From Armatimonadota bacterium (GTDB taxonomy: Bacteria; Sysuimicrobiota; Sysuimicrobiia; Sysuimicrobiales; Kaftiobacteriaceae), in the NCBI GenBank assembly GCA_037440005.1, contig JBBIUY010000004.1, positions 1-64,000 on the forward strand: DNA of 64,000 bases, read 5' to 3'. Positions 11,193 through 20,325 of this stretch are shown here, piece after piece (positions within the stretch are counted from its first letter, which is position 1; every line of letters starts with the position of its first letter). Below the pieces are notes generated by a model. That model was not told where the DNA came from. It saw only the letters and a program-made list of their open reading frames with translations, and made no database searches. The position numbers were made by a program, and so were the translations under genes.

Positions 11193-12086
11193 GTGAGCTA
11201 CGCGCGCTGTGTGCCGCTGGTCCTGACCGCCCTCCTGGCGGTCGCCGCCCCCGCCCGTGCGCAGGGCGCCGACGCCTGCCTGAGCTGCCACGGAGCCGAG
11301 GGGCTCGTCCTGACCCTGCCCGCAGGCGAGGCGTTGCCCCTCACCGTCGATCCGGCGGCGGTGGGCCGGTCGGTGCACGGGAACCTGGGGTGCGCGTCCT
11401 GCCACCCGGCCCAATCGGTCTATCCCCACCCGCCGGTGACCGCCCGGACCCGCCGGGACTTTTCGGCGCAGGCGTCGGGGGCGTGTGCCGCCTGTCACCC
11501 CGATCCCGCCCGGCAGTTTGCGGCGAGCGTCCACGGCCGCGCCCAGATCATGGGGCTGGCCGACGCGCCCACCTGCGTCTCCTGCCACGGAGCCCACGAG
11601 GTGGTCTCCGCGCGGAGCCCCCAGTTCCGAAACGACACGCCGCGTCTGTGCGGCAGCTGCCACGCCCGCCCGGAGATCATGCAGAAATACGGTCTGCGGG
11701 CGGTGTACGAGACCTACGTCAGCGAGTTCCACGGCGTGACCACCACCCTGTACCGGCTGACGACGCCCGCCAGCCCCTCGCCGGCCGCCACCTGCTACGA
11801 CTGCCACGGCGTGCACGATATCCGGGCCGCCGACGACCCGGCGTCCCGGGTCCATCCGGCCAACATCCTGGCCACCTGCCGGACCTGCCACCCCCAGGCG
11901 GGCCGGTACTTCGCCACCGCCTGGACCGAGCACCGGGCCCCGGGCCCTGACGCCGCTCCCCTGGTGTACTACGTGCAGATCTTCTACCGGATCCTCATCC
12001 CGTCGGTGGTGGGGTTCCTGGCGGCGCTGACGGTCCTGGACCTGGGCCGGTGGGCGGCCGACCAGCTGCGGAGGGCCCGACGGTGA
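11193..12086 (+). CDS. Heptaheme cytochrome c with C-terminal TM anchor (CbcA-like)
   Basis: Signal peptide, 7 CxxCH motifs, C-terminal TM helix. Confidence 0.85.
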   Translation: MSYARCVPLVLTALLAVAAPARAQGADACLSCHGAEGLVLTLPAGEALPLTVDPAAVGRSVHGNLGCASCHPAQSVYPHPPVTARTRRDFSAQASGACAACHPDPARQFAASVHGRAQIMGLADAPTCVSCHGAHEVVSARSPQFRNDTPRLCGSCHARPEIMQKYGLRAVYETYVSEFHGVTTTLYRLTTPASPSPAATCYDCHGVHDIRAADDPASRVHPANILATCRTCHPQAGRYFATAWTEHRAPGPDAAPLVYYVQIFYRILIPSVVGFLAALTVLDLGRWAADQLRRARR

Positions 12087-12814
12087 GCGCGAGGCCACCG
12101 GAGGTGGAGCGGTTCACCCTGGCCCAGCGGATCGAGCACTTTGTGCTGATCATCACCTTCAACGTCCTGGCCTTCACGGGGCTGCCCCAGAAGTACTTCT
12201 GGACTCCGTGGGCTCAGGCCATCGTCCGGGCCCTGGGCGGGATCGAACGCACCCGGCTGATCCACCGAACGTTTGCCGTGGTGCTCATCCTGGAAGGCGT
12301 GTACCACCTGGGCGCGGTGTGGCGGGCGCGGCGGGCGGGGCGCGAGCGAGGGCCGGCCGGCATGGCGGTGAGCTTTCAGGACGTGCGGAACGTCCTCGCC
12401 GACATCGCCTACCTGCTGGGGCTGCGGGAGGAGCGGCCGGCCTTCGATCGGTACGACTACCGCCAGAAGTTCGAGTACTGGGCCGTGGTCTGGGGGACCG
12501 TGATCATGGCGGTGACCGGCCTGATCATGTGGTTCCCCGAGACAATCACCCGGTGGGTGCCGGGGGTGGTGATTCCCGCCGCCCGCGTCGCCCACGGGGG
12601 AGAGGCCCTGCTGGCGGTCCTGGCGGTCATCCTCTGGCACTTCTACAACGCCCACTTCCGCCCCGAGGTCTTCCCGATGGACCCCGCCATGTGGACAGGC
12701 CGGATCGACCTGGAGCGCCTGCGCCGTGAGCACCGGGCCGAGTACGAACGCCTGGCGGAGCAGCACGCGCCGTCGGCGGACCCGCCGGCCGCCCCTCCCG
12801 CCGGAGGCCGCTGA
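12083..12814 (+). CDS. Di-heme cytochrome b subunit (FdnI/CbcB-like)
   Basis: ERFTLAQRIEH, TGLPQK, IHR, DRYDYRQKFEYWA, AHGGEA..WHFY; 4 TM helices. Confidence 0.85.
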   Translation: MSARPPEVERFTLAQRIEHFVLIITFNVLAFTGLPQKYFWTPWAQAIVRALGGIERTRLIHRTFAVVLILEGVYHLGAVWRARRAGRERGPAGMAVSFQDVRNVLADIAYLLGLREERPAFDRYDYRQKFEYWAVVWGTVIMAVTGLIMWFPETITRWVPGVVIPAARVAHGGEALLAVLAVILWHFYNAHFRPEVFPMDPAMWTGRIDLERLRREHRAEYERLAEQHAPSADPPAAPPAGGR

Positions 12815-12839
12815 CGCCGGCCCTCGGAGGCGGGCGTGG

Positions 12840-13496
12840 TCAGCCCTCCGGATCCACCAGCCCCTTGCGGAGGGCGTAGGCGATCAGCTGGGCGGGGCGG
12901 TGCAGGTCCAGCTTCTCCATCAGGCGCTGGCGGTAGGCCTGGACCGTCTTGACCGAGAGGTGGAGCATCCGCCCGATCTCCGCGGCGGTGTAGCCTTCGG
13001 CGACCAGCTTGAGGATCTCCCGTTCCCGGGGGGTGAGGGTTTCGTAGGTTCCCGCGTCCTCCCCGCGTTCCACCCGGCGCAGGTAGTCGGTGACCAGCGC
13101 CGTGGCCATGGAGGGAGACAGGTAGGTCTCCCCCCGGGCGGCGGCCTCGATGGCCTCCACCAGCTCGGGGGGCCGGGCCTTCTTCAGCACGTACCCGCAC
13201 GCCCCCGCCCGCAGCATCTGGAAGAAATACTCTTCGTTCTCGTGGACGGTGAGGGCCAGAACCTGCACGTCGGGATACTCCTCCTTGATGCGCCGGGTGG
13301 CTTCCACCCCGCCCATCCGCGGCATGGCCACGTCCATGAGGACCACGTCGGGGCGGAGGGAGCGCACCATCTCCAGGGCGGCCAGGCCGTCCTCCGCCTC
13401 CCCCACCACCTCCACCGCGGGTGCCGCCTGCAGCAGGGACCGGATGCCGGCCCGCACCAGGGTGTGGTCATCCACGATGAGCACGCGCAGCGGCAC
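12840..13496 (-). CDS. NarL/LuxR-family response regulator
   Basis: VDDH, LMDVAMP, GYVLK; LTPRE HTH. Confidence 0.95.
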   Translation of the reverse strand: MPLRVLIVDDHTLVRAGIRSLLQAAPAVEVVGEAEDGLAALEMVRSLRPDVVLMDVAMPRMGGVEATRRIKEEYPDVQVLALTVHENEEYFFQMLRAGACGYVLKKARPPELVEAIEAAARGETYLSPSMATALVTDYLRRVERGEDAGTYETLTPREREILKLVAEGYTAAEIGRMLHLSVKTVQAYRQRLMEKLDLHRPAQLIAYALRKGLVDPEG

Positions 13497-15390
13497 CGTC
13501 GTCCTCCGGGACGGCCGGGGTGGGAATGTCCGCGCGGACGACGGTCCCCCGGCCCGGCCGCGACTCGATGGACAGCGTTCCCCCCATCAGGGCCACCCGC
13601 TCCTGCATGCCCAGCAGGCCCAGCCGCCGGCGGGCGGGGTCGGTCAGGGCGGCGGCCACATCGAACCCCATCCCGTCGTCGCGCACCTCCAGGCGCACCG
13701 TCCTCCCGGTGGATTCCAGGGAGACGGCGGCCCGGCGGGCGCGGCTGTGCCGGGCGATGTTGGTGATGGCCTCCTGGGCGATGCGGAACAGGGTCGTTTC
13801 CACTTCCCGGGGCAGGCGGTGGACGCCGAAGCCGGCGGTGTGGACGGAGACCTGCACCCCGGCGGGCTCCAGGAGGCTCTTGGCGTAGTAGCGGACCGCC
13901 GGGATCAGGCCCAGGTCGTCCAGCAGGGTGGGGCGCAGGGCGAAGACCAGCTTGCGCACCTCCTCCAGGGTCTGCTCCACCACAGCCCGGATCCCCGCCA
14001 GGGCCGCCCGGGCCGGATGGTCGGAGGGCAGGGACTCCTCGGCGACGTTGACCCGCATCATCAGGCTGGTCAGCGACTGGCTGACCTCGTCGTGGAGCTC
14101 CCGGGCGATGCGGGAGCGCTCCTCCTCGTGAGCGCTCAGCAGCCGGGCCACCAGGTCCCGGCGCACCTGATCCTGGGCCCGCACCTCGGCGAAGAGGCGG
14201 ACGTTCTCCATGGCGACGGCCAGCTGGGTGGCCACCGTCTGCAGCAGGAGCAGGTCCAGAGGCTGAAAGGGACGCCGGTCCCTCCGGACCACCACGACCC
14301 CGCCCAGGTCCCGGTCGCGGGTGCGCAGAGGAACGGCCAGGGTGGTGCCTGCCCGGCCTCCCCCGCCCGGGCAGGCCTCCGCCTCCTCCCCGGCCGCCGG
14401 GGACCCGCGGCGGGGCCGCGCAGCGCCCCCCAGGTCCACCAGCTCCGTCGCCCCGGCGTCGGCGAGGGGGACGGCGTCCTCCCCGTCCCACCGGTAGATG
14501 CGGCAGGCGTCGGCTCCCACCGCGTCCCGCATCGCCTCCGCGGCCTCGGTCAGGGCCGACTGGAGGTCTTCGGCGGCGGTCAGGGCCCGGCTGAAGACCG
14601 TCAGGGTGGACAGCCGCCGGCTCAGATCGGCCACCTGCGCGTGCAGCGTGGACGCCGCCTGCTCGATGCGGGCGCTCATGTCGTTGAAGGCGGAGGCCAG
14701 GAGCCCCAGCTCGTCGCCCGACTGGACGGCGGCGCGGGCGGCGTAGTTGCCCCGGGTGACCTCCCGGACGGCCGCCACGATGGACGACAGGGGGTCCAGC
14801 ACGAAGCGCCCCAGCAGGATGCTGAGGGTGCCCAGGGCCAGCAGGAAGGTGAAACCGACCAGGCCCGCCAGCATCCGGGCGGTGAACCGCAGGTGCGCGG
14901 TCAGCTGTCCGGTGGCGAGGGTCACGCCGATGGCCCCCAGGACCGGGCGCTCCGCCAGGTGGCAGGCGTGGCACTCGCGGCGGTTGGGAATGGGGACCAG
15001 GACCAGCAGCTCGCCGGCGGCCGGTCGCTCCATCGTGGCGGGCCGGCCGGTGGCGACCACCCGGCCCAGCAGGGCCGACGGTTGGGGGGTCCCCACCTCG
15101 TCGGCGCGGGAGGACGCCCAGATCCGTCCGCCGGGGGTGACGATGGTGACCCGGTGCACCACGGGGACTTCCTCGATGTGGCGGATGATCTGTTTGGTCT
15201 CGTCGGGGTTGTTGTTGATCATGGTGGTCATGAGGCTGTGCAGGATGGTCCCCGCCACCGTCTGGGCCATGACCTCGAACTGGCGCAGGGCGGCCCGGCG
15301 CTGGAACACCACCAGGGTGTAGATGGCGAACCCCCCGACGACCACCACCAGGGTGACGATCCACAGGGTGATCTTCAGGTGCAGCCGCAG
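13468..15390 (-). CDS. Sensor histidine kinase (extracytoplasmic CxxCH domain, HAMP, GAF, HisKA_3)
   Basis: RECHACH between two TM helices; ERSRIARELHD; DDGMGFD. Start uncertain (CTG 15390 or GTG 15348). Confidence 0.88.
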   Translation of the reverse strand: MRLHLKITLWIVTLVVVVGGFAIYTLVVFQRRAALRQFEVMAQTVAGTILHSLMTTMINNNPDETKQIIRHIEEVPVVHRVTIVTPGGRIWASSRADEVGTPQPSALLGRVVATGRPATMERPAAGELLVLVPIPNRRECHACHLAERPVLGAIGVTLATGQLTAHLRFTARMLAGLVGFTFLLALGTLSILLGRFVLDPLSSIVAAVREVTRGNYAARAAVQSGDELGLLASAFNDMSARIEQAASTLHAQVADLSRRLSTLTVFSRALTAAEDLQSALTEAAEAMRDAVGADACRIYRWDGEDAVPLADAGATELVDLGGAARPRRGSPAAGEEAEACPGGGGRAGTTLAVPLRTRDRDLGGVVVVRRDRRPFQPLDLLLLQTVATQLAVAMENVRLFAEVRAQDQVRRDLVARLLSAHEEERSRIARELHDEVSQSLTSLMMRVNVAEESLPSDHPARAALAGIRAVVEQTLEEVRKLVFALRPTLLDDLGLIPAVRYYAKSLLEPAGVQVSVHTAGFGVHRLPREVETTLFRIAQEAITNIARHSRARRAAVSLESTGRTVRLEVRDDGMGFDVAAALTDPARRRLGLLGMQERVALMGGTLSIESRPGRGTVVRADIPTPAVPEDDGAAARAHRG

Positions 15391-15393
15391 CGG

Positions 15394-16515
15394 CTATCCC
15401 CCCGCGCGCTCCTCGGCCGGGGCGGCAAACACCGGAAGGTGCTCGGCGATCCACAGGTAGGCCAGCACGCCGGCGGAGACGATGCCTAGGGTGACCACCA
15501 CCTCCATCCAGGACGGTACGTAGGCGGCGCCGGTGCCGGCCCGCATGCCGGTGATGGCCACGTTGAGGCGGTTGAGGACCACGCCGGCCACCGCCAGCGC
15601 CGAGGAGGCCACCACGGTGCCGGGGCGGTGGGCGGTGGGTAGCGCCAGCAGGACCAGGGGCGCCACCACGCCGCCCCCCACCTCGGCGATGAACAGCGCC
15701 CCCTCCACCGTGGTCGGGGTGACCAGCGGGAGGACGTCCCGGAGGACCAGATCCACCACCCGCACCCCCAGGTAGAGGGTGAGGACCACCGCCATCGCCC
15801 GCCCCAGGTCCGCCAGCAGCGGGGCCTCCAGGGGCCGCCGGAACGCCCGGGCGCTCGCGGCGGCCTCCACGGTCACCATGGCCGGTCCCACCGCCACCGC
15901 CGAGAGGAAGAATAGGACCGGCAGCAGCGGCGTGTACCACAGGGGGTGCAGCTTGCCCGGGACGATCAGGAACAGCGAGCCCAGGGACGACTGGTGAAGG
16001 GTGGACAGGATGACTCCGGCCACCACCAGCGGAGGCAGGGAGACCCGGGCGATGGACAGCAGGGTCGTCCACCCCAGCCGTTCGAGGACCATGGTGCCGA
16101 ACTCCAGGGCCAGGACCAGGGTGTACAGCATCACGCACCACGCCACCTCGAACATGACCGAGTGAGGATTCCACATGATCAGGGGGTGCCAGATGCGGTA
16201 CGGCCGGCCCAGGTCCACCAGGAGGGCGGCGACGACCAGGAGGTAGCCCAGAAAGCCCGTCACGATGGCGGGACGCAGCAGCGGGCGGTACCGCTCGTTG
16301 TGCAGCACGTGGACCGTGGCGGCCATGGTGAAGCCGCCGGCGGCCAGGGCCACCCCGCACAGGATGTCGAATCCCACCCACAACCCCCAGGGGAAGCGGT
16401 CCGACAGGTGGGTCACGGCGCCCAGGCCCCGGGCGTAGCGGACGACGCTCACCACCGCCGCGGCCGCCGCCAGGGACCACAGGACGGCCCGGCCCACAGG
16501 CAGCAGGCGCGCCAT
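15394..16515 (-). CDS. NrfD-family membrane subunit (HybB/HmcC-like)
   Basis: PWGLWVGFD..GVALAAGG, DLGRP, SVMFEVAWC, LSTLHQSSLGSL. Confidence 0.88.
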   Translation of the reverse strand: MARLLPVGRAVLWSLAAAAAVVSVVRYARGLGAVTHLSDRFPWGLWVGFDILCGVALAAGGFTMAATVHVLHNERYRPLLRPAIVTGFLGYLLVVAALLVDLGRPYRIWHPLIMWNPHSVMFEVAWCVMLYTLVLALEFGTMVLERLGWTTLLSIARVSLPPLVVAGVILSTLHQSSLGSLFLIVPGKLHPLWYTPLLPVLFFLSAVAVGPAMVTVEAAASARAFRRPLEAPLLADLGRAMAVVLTLYLGVRVVDLVLRDVLPLVTPTTVEGALFIAEVGGGVVAPLVLLALPTAHRPGTVVASSALAVAGVVLNRLNVAITGMRAGTGAAYVPSWMEVVVTLGIVSAGVLAYLWIAEHLPVFAAPAEERAGG

Positions 16516-17390
16516 CAGCGGACACCTCCGTTCAGGTCGGCCCGGCGGCGCAGGAAGAACTCCAGGGCGCTCAGGGTCGCGCCGACGGTGATCACGAGAG
16601 CCGGCACCTTGCCCAGCGCCTTCCAGGTGTAGGCGGGCAGCGGCTCGCGCACCACGACGGGAAACCCCAGCTCCTCAAAGGGCACGTCGCTGACGTACAG
16701 CCAGGACGTCCCTCCGGCCTCCTCGGCGCCGTAGATGGCGGGCACGTAGCGGTCGGGCGTCTCCGCAATCCGCCGGGCGGCCTCGGACAGGATGGCGTCC
16801 CGCGGCCCGATCTGCAGCGCCTGCACCGGACACGCCTCCACGCAGGCGGGCCGATCGCCGCGGGCCAGGCGCTCTGCGCACAGGTTGCACTTCTGGATGC
16901 GGGGCAGAGGACGGTCCCACTCGAAGCGGGGCACCTGAAACGGACACGCCAGCATGCAGTACCGGCATCCCAGGCATCGGCCGGCCTCGTAGACCACGGG
17001 ACCCTCGGGCGTCTTCCGCAGGGCCGCCACCGGGCAGGCCGAGGCGCAGGCCGGCTCCACACAGTGCATGCACTGCACCTTGTAGGTGCGCTGACCCGCG
17101 CCGCCCTCGCCCAGGATCAGGTGCGGGCGCGGCCGGTCCAGGGACCGTGACCGGACCACGGTCCAGGCGGTGGGGCTGAGGTCGGCGGACTCCCGCTCGG
17201 GGAATCCGTGGTAGCGCTTGCACGCCATCTCGCAGGACCGGCACCCGATGCACCGGGCCACGTCCACCAGCAGGCCGACGGCGGGCCCGCTCCGCCGTCG
17301 GGCGGACGCGGGCCGCGCCGGGGAGAGCACGGCGACCCCCAGGGCGCTGGCGGCCACCAGGTGCAGGAACTGACGCCGGGTCAGGGCCAT
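16515..17390 (-). CDS. Tat-exported 4x[4Fe-4S] protein (HybA/FdnH-like)
   Basis: TRRQFL Tat motif, four Cys clusters, GGTSWLY, C-terminal TM. Confidence 0.88.
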   Translation of the reverse strand: MALTRRQFLHLVAASALGVAVLSPARPASARRRSGPAVGLLVDVARCIGCRSCEMACKRYHGFPERESADLSPTAWTVVRSRSLDRPRPHLILGEGGAGQRTYKVQCMHCVEPACASACPVAALRKTPEGPVVYEAGRCLGCRYCMLACPFQVPRFEWDRPLPRIQKCNLCAERLARGDRPACVEACPVQALQIGPRDAILSEAARRIAETPDRYVPAIYGAEEAGGTSWLYVSDVPFEELGFPVVVREPLPAYTWKALGKVPALVITVGATLSALEFFLRRRADLNGGVR

Positions 17391-17403
17391 GGTCGGGCGG
17401 TCC

Positions 17404-17697
17404 CTACCGCCAGCTGGCCAGGAGGGCCGAGGTGAAGAAGACCGATAGCCCCAGCACCACCACCCCCAGCACCGCGCCCGAGAGGGCCTCCTCCACGCCC
17501 GCCAGGGCGCCGCGGCTGCGGGCGATGACGACGGCGCCGGCCACTCCCAGGAGGAGGGCCGCCGCCCCCAGCAGGCAGTTCACGCCCGGCAGCCAGCACA
17601 GCCGCAGACCGCTCAGGCCCACGGTGAAGCTCAGGGACGCCAGCGGGCAGACGGGACACTGCGCCCGCCGCTGCACCATGTCGCGGATGGACACCAT
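17404..17697 (-). CDS. Small membrane protein with CxxC
   Basis: GGAGGT RBS; CPVCP followed by about 3 hydrophobic helices. Confidence 0.6.
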   Translation of the reverse strand: MVSIRDMVQRRAQCPVCPLASLSFTVGLSGLRLCWLPGVNCLLGAAALLLGVAGAVVIARSRGALAGVEEALSGAVLGVVVLGLSVFFTSALLASWR

Positions 17698-17953
17698 CGC
17701 ACCCACCTCCACCCTGACGGTAGGGGGAGGCGGTTCCCGGCGCAGCGGGAGCAGTCCCGGGATACCGGGGGGAGGTCTCCCACAGGTGCGGTGCCGCAGA
17801 TCCGGACATGGCTGCCGCCACGTCCCATCCTAGAGGGGGGGTCCCACCGGTCGAAGCGGGCAGGCCGCGGATTGTCGCTAGTCCGTTCCGGCTAGGCGGA
17901 CACGGGCCGGGCGAGCGGCGCGCCGGGTCCGGCCGGCCGTGCGCGGGCGACGG

Positions 17954-18118
17954 TCAGGAGGGCGACTCCGTCTGGTCCGGGGCGGGCTCCCGGCCCCAGT
18001 AGCAGTCGTCGCACAGGCGGATCCGCACTCCCCGGGCCTCCCACTCCCGCGTGGCCCGCCTCAGACCGCAGCGGGCGCAGGTGTCGGTGGGCCTGACGTC
18101 CCTCTCGGTCGCCGCCAT
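17954..18118 (-). CDS. 54-aa CxxC-CxxC zinc-ribbon microprotein
   Basis: MAATERDVRPTDTCARCGLRRATREWEARGVRIRLCDDCYW...; GGGAGGT RBS and its own operator; not in the ORF track. Confidence 0.65.
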   Translation of the reverse strand: MAATERDVRPTDTCARCGLRRATREWEARGVRIRLCDDCYWGREPAPDQTESPS

Positions 18119-18153
18119 GGCGCACCTCCCGCTGGCGCAGTGCCGGCGCCTTC

Positions 18154-18199
18154 ATGGTCGGCGTTTCCGCGGCGGGCGTCCATCGGGCAGGGAGCCGAC
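18154..18199 (-). promoter_or_regulatory. Operator GTCGG-N8-CCGAT (18182-18199) with -10 GACCAT
   Basis: 22-nt spacing. Confidence 0.55.
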
Positions 18200-18267
18200 G
18201 GGACGCCCGGCCCCCGCCGGAGGGCGGACTCGGGTCGGCGCCGGAGCGGGAGGGTGCCGCGGGAAGG

Positions 18268-18603
18268 TCAGGCAGCCGGGACGGCGGTCCGGCGGCGTCG
18301 GCGCAGGCGCAGCAGGGCCTGCAGAGGGCTCTCCTCGGAGATCAGGCACACCCCATAAAACCCCGCGCCCAGCCGCACCAGGATCAACTCTCCCTCCCGC
18401 TGCAGCGCCGCCAGTGCCGGAGACCATTCGTCCGCGACCAGGTCGTAGGGAACCTCGGGGATGTCCTCGAAGGCGCGGAAGCAGCTGTGGCAGTAGTAGA
18501 CGCGCGGCTGGCGGGCGCGGGAGGTGTAGCGGGAACCGCACCAGGGGCACCGGGGGAGGTCCGGCAGGCGGTGGATGGACGGCCGGAAGAACACCTCGGG
18601 CAT
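18268..18603 (-). CDS. Small zinc-ribbon protein
   Basis: CPWC..CHSC; ATG 18603 with GGAGGG RBS. Confidence 0.65.
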   Translation of the reverse strand: MPEVFFRPSIHRLPDLPRCPWCGSRYTSRARQPRVYYCHSCFRAFEDIPEVPYDLVADEWSPALAALQREGELILVRLGAGFYGVCLISEESPLQALLRLRRRRRTAVPAA

Positions 18604-18624
18604 CGCAGCCCGCCCTCCGCCTGC

Positions 18625-18670
18625 AGCGTACCGCACCGTCCGACAGGCCGCCATCGGGCGGCCGGCCGAT
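18625..18670 (-). promoter_or_regulatory. Operator ATCGG-N8-CCGAT (18653-18670) with -10 TACGCT
   Basis: Perfect consensus; 22-nt spacing. Confidence 0.7.
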
Positions 18671-18742
18671 TCCCCGGCCGGCGGGCGGCGCACCCGGAGG
18701 CGGGCGGCGCATGGCCGCCCGCCTCCGGCGCGAGGGTGAGGG

Positions 18743-19879
18743 TCAGCGCAGGGCGTCCAGGGTGGCCAGCAGGACCGTGCGGGCGAAGCGCGGGTTGTGG
18801 ACGCCGAAGCTGTCGTCGCCCTCGATCAGGAAGTAGTTCCACCCCGCCCGCACGATCGGGTCAGCGGTGGGGAAGACCGGCTTGCCGGCGGCGTCCAGGA
18901 CGCTGCCCAGCTGGCTGTACCAGGCCCCGCCGTCGCGGAGGGTGAACTTCAACCCCTGCTGACCGTGGATCTCCACGGGCTCCACGGAGACGATCAGGGC
19001 CGGGTTGACCCTGAAGTTGTCGGTGTAGCGGTCGGTCTGGGGGTCCCAGTTGCGGATGACGGCGATCTGGTCTTTGCGGGCCATCACCCGGGCGGCGATG
19101 GCTTTCTCCACCTCGTGCAGGAGCGTCTTGATTCCGGCCTGGACCCGCTCCACGGTGACGTCCGGCCCGTGACAGCGGATGCAGATGTCCTCCCGCGCCC
19201 GGAAGGTGTGGCTCTCGGTGCTGAAACGCATGTGGCACGTCACGCAGGCGTCGCCGATGAAGGTGGCGTGGGGCGAGATGACAGCCTCCGCCGGCGGGAC
19301 GAAGAACGCGTTCTTGCCCATCAGCACGTCGGCCTGCGACGCCGTGTGAGGGGCGGTCCACCGTCGCGGGTCGTCGGCGTTCCAGGCGATGGCCCCGTTG
19401 CGGGTGTTGTGGCAGGTCATGCACTGGGCGCCCAGGCCCACCCCCAGGGCCCGGAACCCGGCCGGCAGGACCGGCGTCGTCTGGGTGACGCGGACCTTCA
19501 GGTCGGGGGTGTGGCAGGCGGCGCAGGTGACGGGCCGCACCGAGAACCGGTTCAGGCCCAGCATGGACAGGTAGGAGACGTCGGCGGGGCTGCCGTCGGG
19601 CTTGGTGATCAGGCCAGGGTTGCCCTTCTCCAGCTGGGGCAGCCAGGCCAGGTACCCCTGTTCGGCGTGGCAGCGGGCGCAGTGCGCCGCCGTCGCGCCC
19701 CGGGCTTCCACCGTCGCCTCCTCCCGGGCCAGCTCCCGATTGGCGTGGCCGCTGCGCAGCCACTGGGCCCGCTGGTCCGCCTGGGCCCGAACCGCCGCGG
19801 TCGTTCCGGCGAACACCAGGACGGCCGCCAGCAGTCCCGCCAGGGCCGCCCGAATCACCGTGCGCATCTGCCCGTCCAT
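18743..19879 (-). CDS. Exported pentaheme cytochrome c (NrfA/OcwA-like C-terminus, no CxxCK)
   Basis: Signal peptide, 5 CxxCH motifs, C-terminal AGWNY..IEGD.SFGVHNP. Confidence 0.8.
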   Translation of the reverse strand: MDGQMRTVIRAALAGLLAAVLVFAGTTAAVRAQADQRAQWLRSGHANRELAREEATVEARGATAAHCARCHAEQGYLAWLPQLEKGNPGLITKPDGSPADVSYLSMLGLNRFSVRPVTCAACHTPDLKVRVTQTTPVLPAGFRALGVGLGAQCMTCHNTRNGAIAWNADDPRRWTAPHTASQADVLMGKNAFFVPPAEAVISPHATFIGDACVTCHMRFSTESHTFRAREDICIRCHGPDVTVERVQAGIKTLLHEVEKAIAARVMARKDQIAVIRNWDPQTDRYTDNFRVNPALIVSVEPVEIHGQQGLKFTLRDGGAWYSQLGSVLDAAGKPVFPTADPIVRAGWNYFLIEGDDSFGVHNPRFARTVLLATLDALR

Positions 19880-19922
19880 GACTGTCGCCCCCCTCGCATC
19901 GCCCCCGAGCCGGTTCGGCCCG

Positions 19923-20165
19923 CTACCCCGCCCTCCCGACCGGCGGGTACCGGGTCGGGTGCACCCGCAGCCACGTCTCCGCCAGCCGTTCCACCTCCTC
20001 CCGGGGGTACCGCCTGCGCCCTCCCGGGGTCAGGACGTAGGGCAGGCGCCCCTCCCGGGTCCACCGGTAGACGGTGTGGGGGGAGACGTCCAGGAGCCGG
20101 GCGACCTCCCCCCGGGAGAGATAACGCCTGTCCGGCCGGCCGGGATCGTCCGGAGCCTGTCTCAT
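19923..20165 (-). CDS. Excisionase/MerR-like (HTH_17, BldC-like) DNA-binding protein
   Basis: YLSRGEVARLLDVSPHTVYRW..GRL..TPGGRRRY; start uncertain. Confidence 0.8.
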   Translation of the reverse strand: MRQAPDDPGRPDRRYLSRGEVARLLDVSPHTVYRWTREGRLPYVLTPGGRRRYPREEVERLAETWLRVHPTRYPPVGRAG

Positions 20166-20325
20166 GGGGCTGACCGCGCTCCACGGCCATCCTACGCGCG
20201 GGGTGCGCGCATCGTACATGATGCAAACGACCCCACCTCCGATCTCCGCGCACCAGGCCAGTCGGGGGAGGGGGGGATCGGGCGGGGACCGGACGGGCGG
20301 GCGGCCCCTGCGGTCCTCTGCGCCC

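Noticed and set aside
15394..15396. Pyrrolysine recoding of the TAG
   Set aside because: No pyl genes are visible and TAG terminates many other genes in this window
19923..20165. Prophage or ICE excisionase
   Set aside because: No integrase, att site or phage genes nearby; more likely a BldC-like regulator
20277..20294. Operator-like ATCGG-N8-CGGAC
   Set aside because: No -10 hexamer at 21-23 nt in the required direction; weak matches near 17740 and 54740 were also excluded
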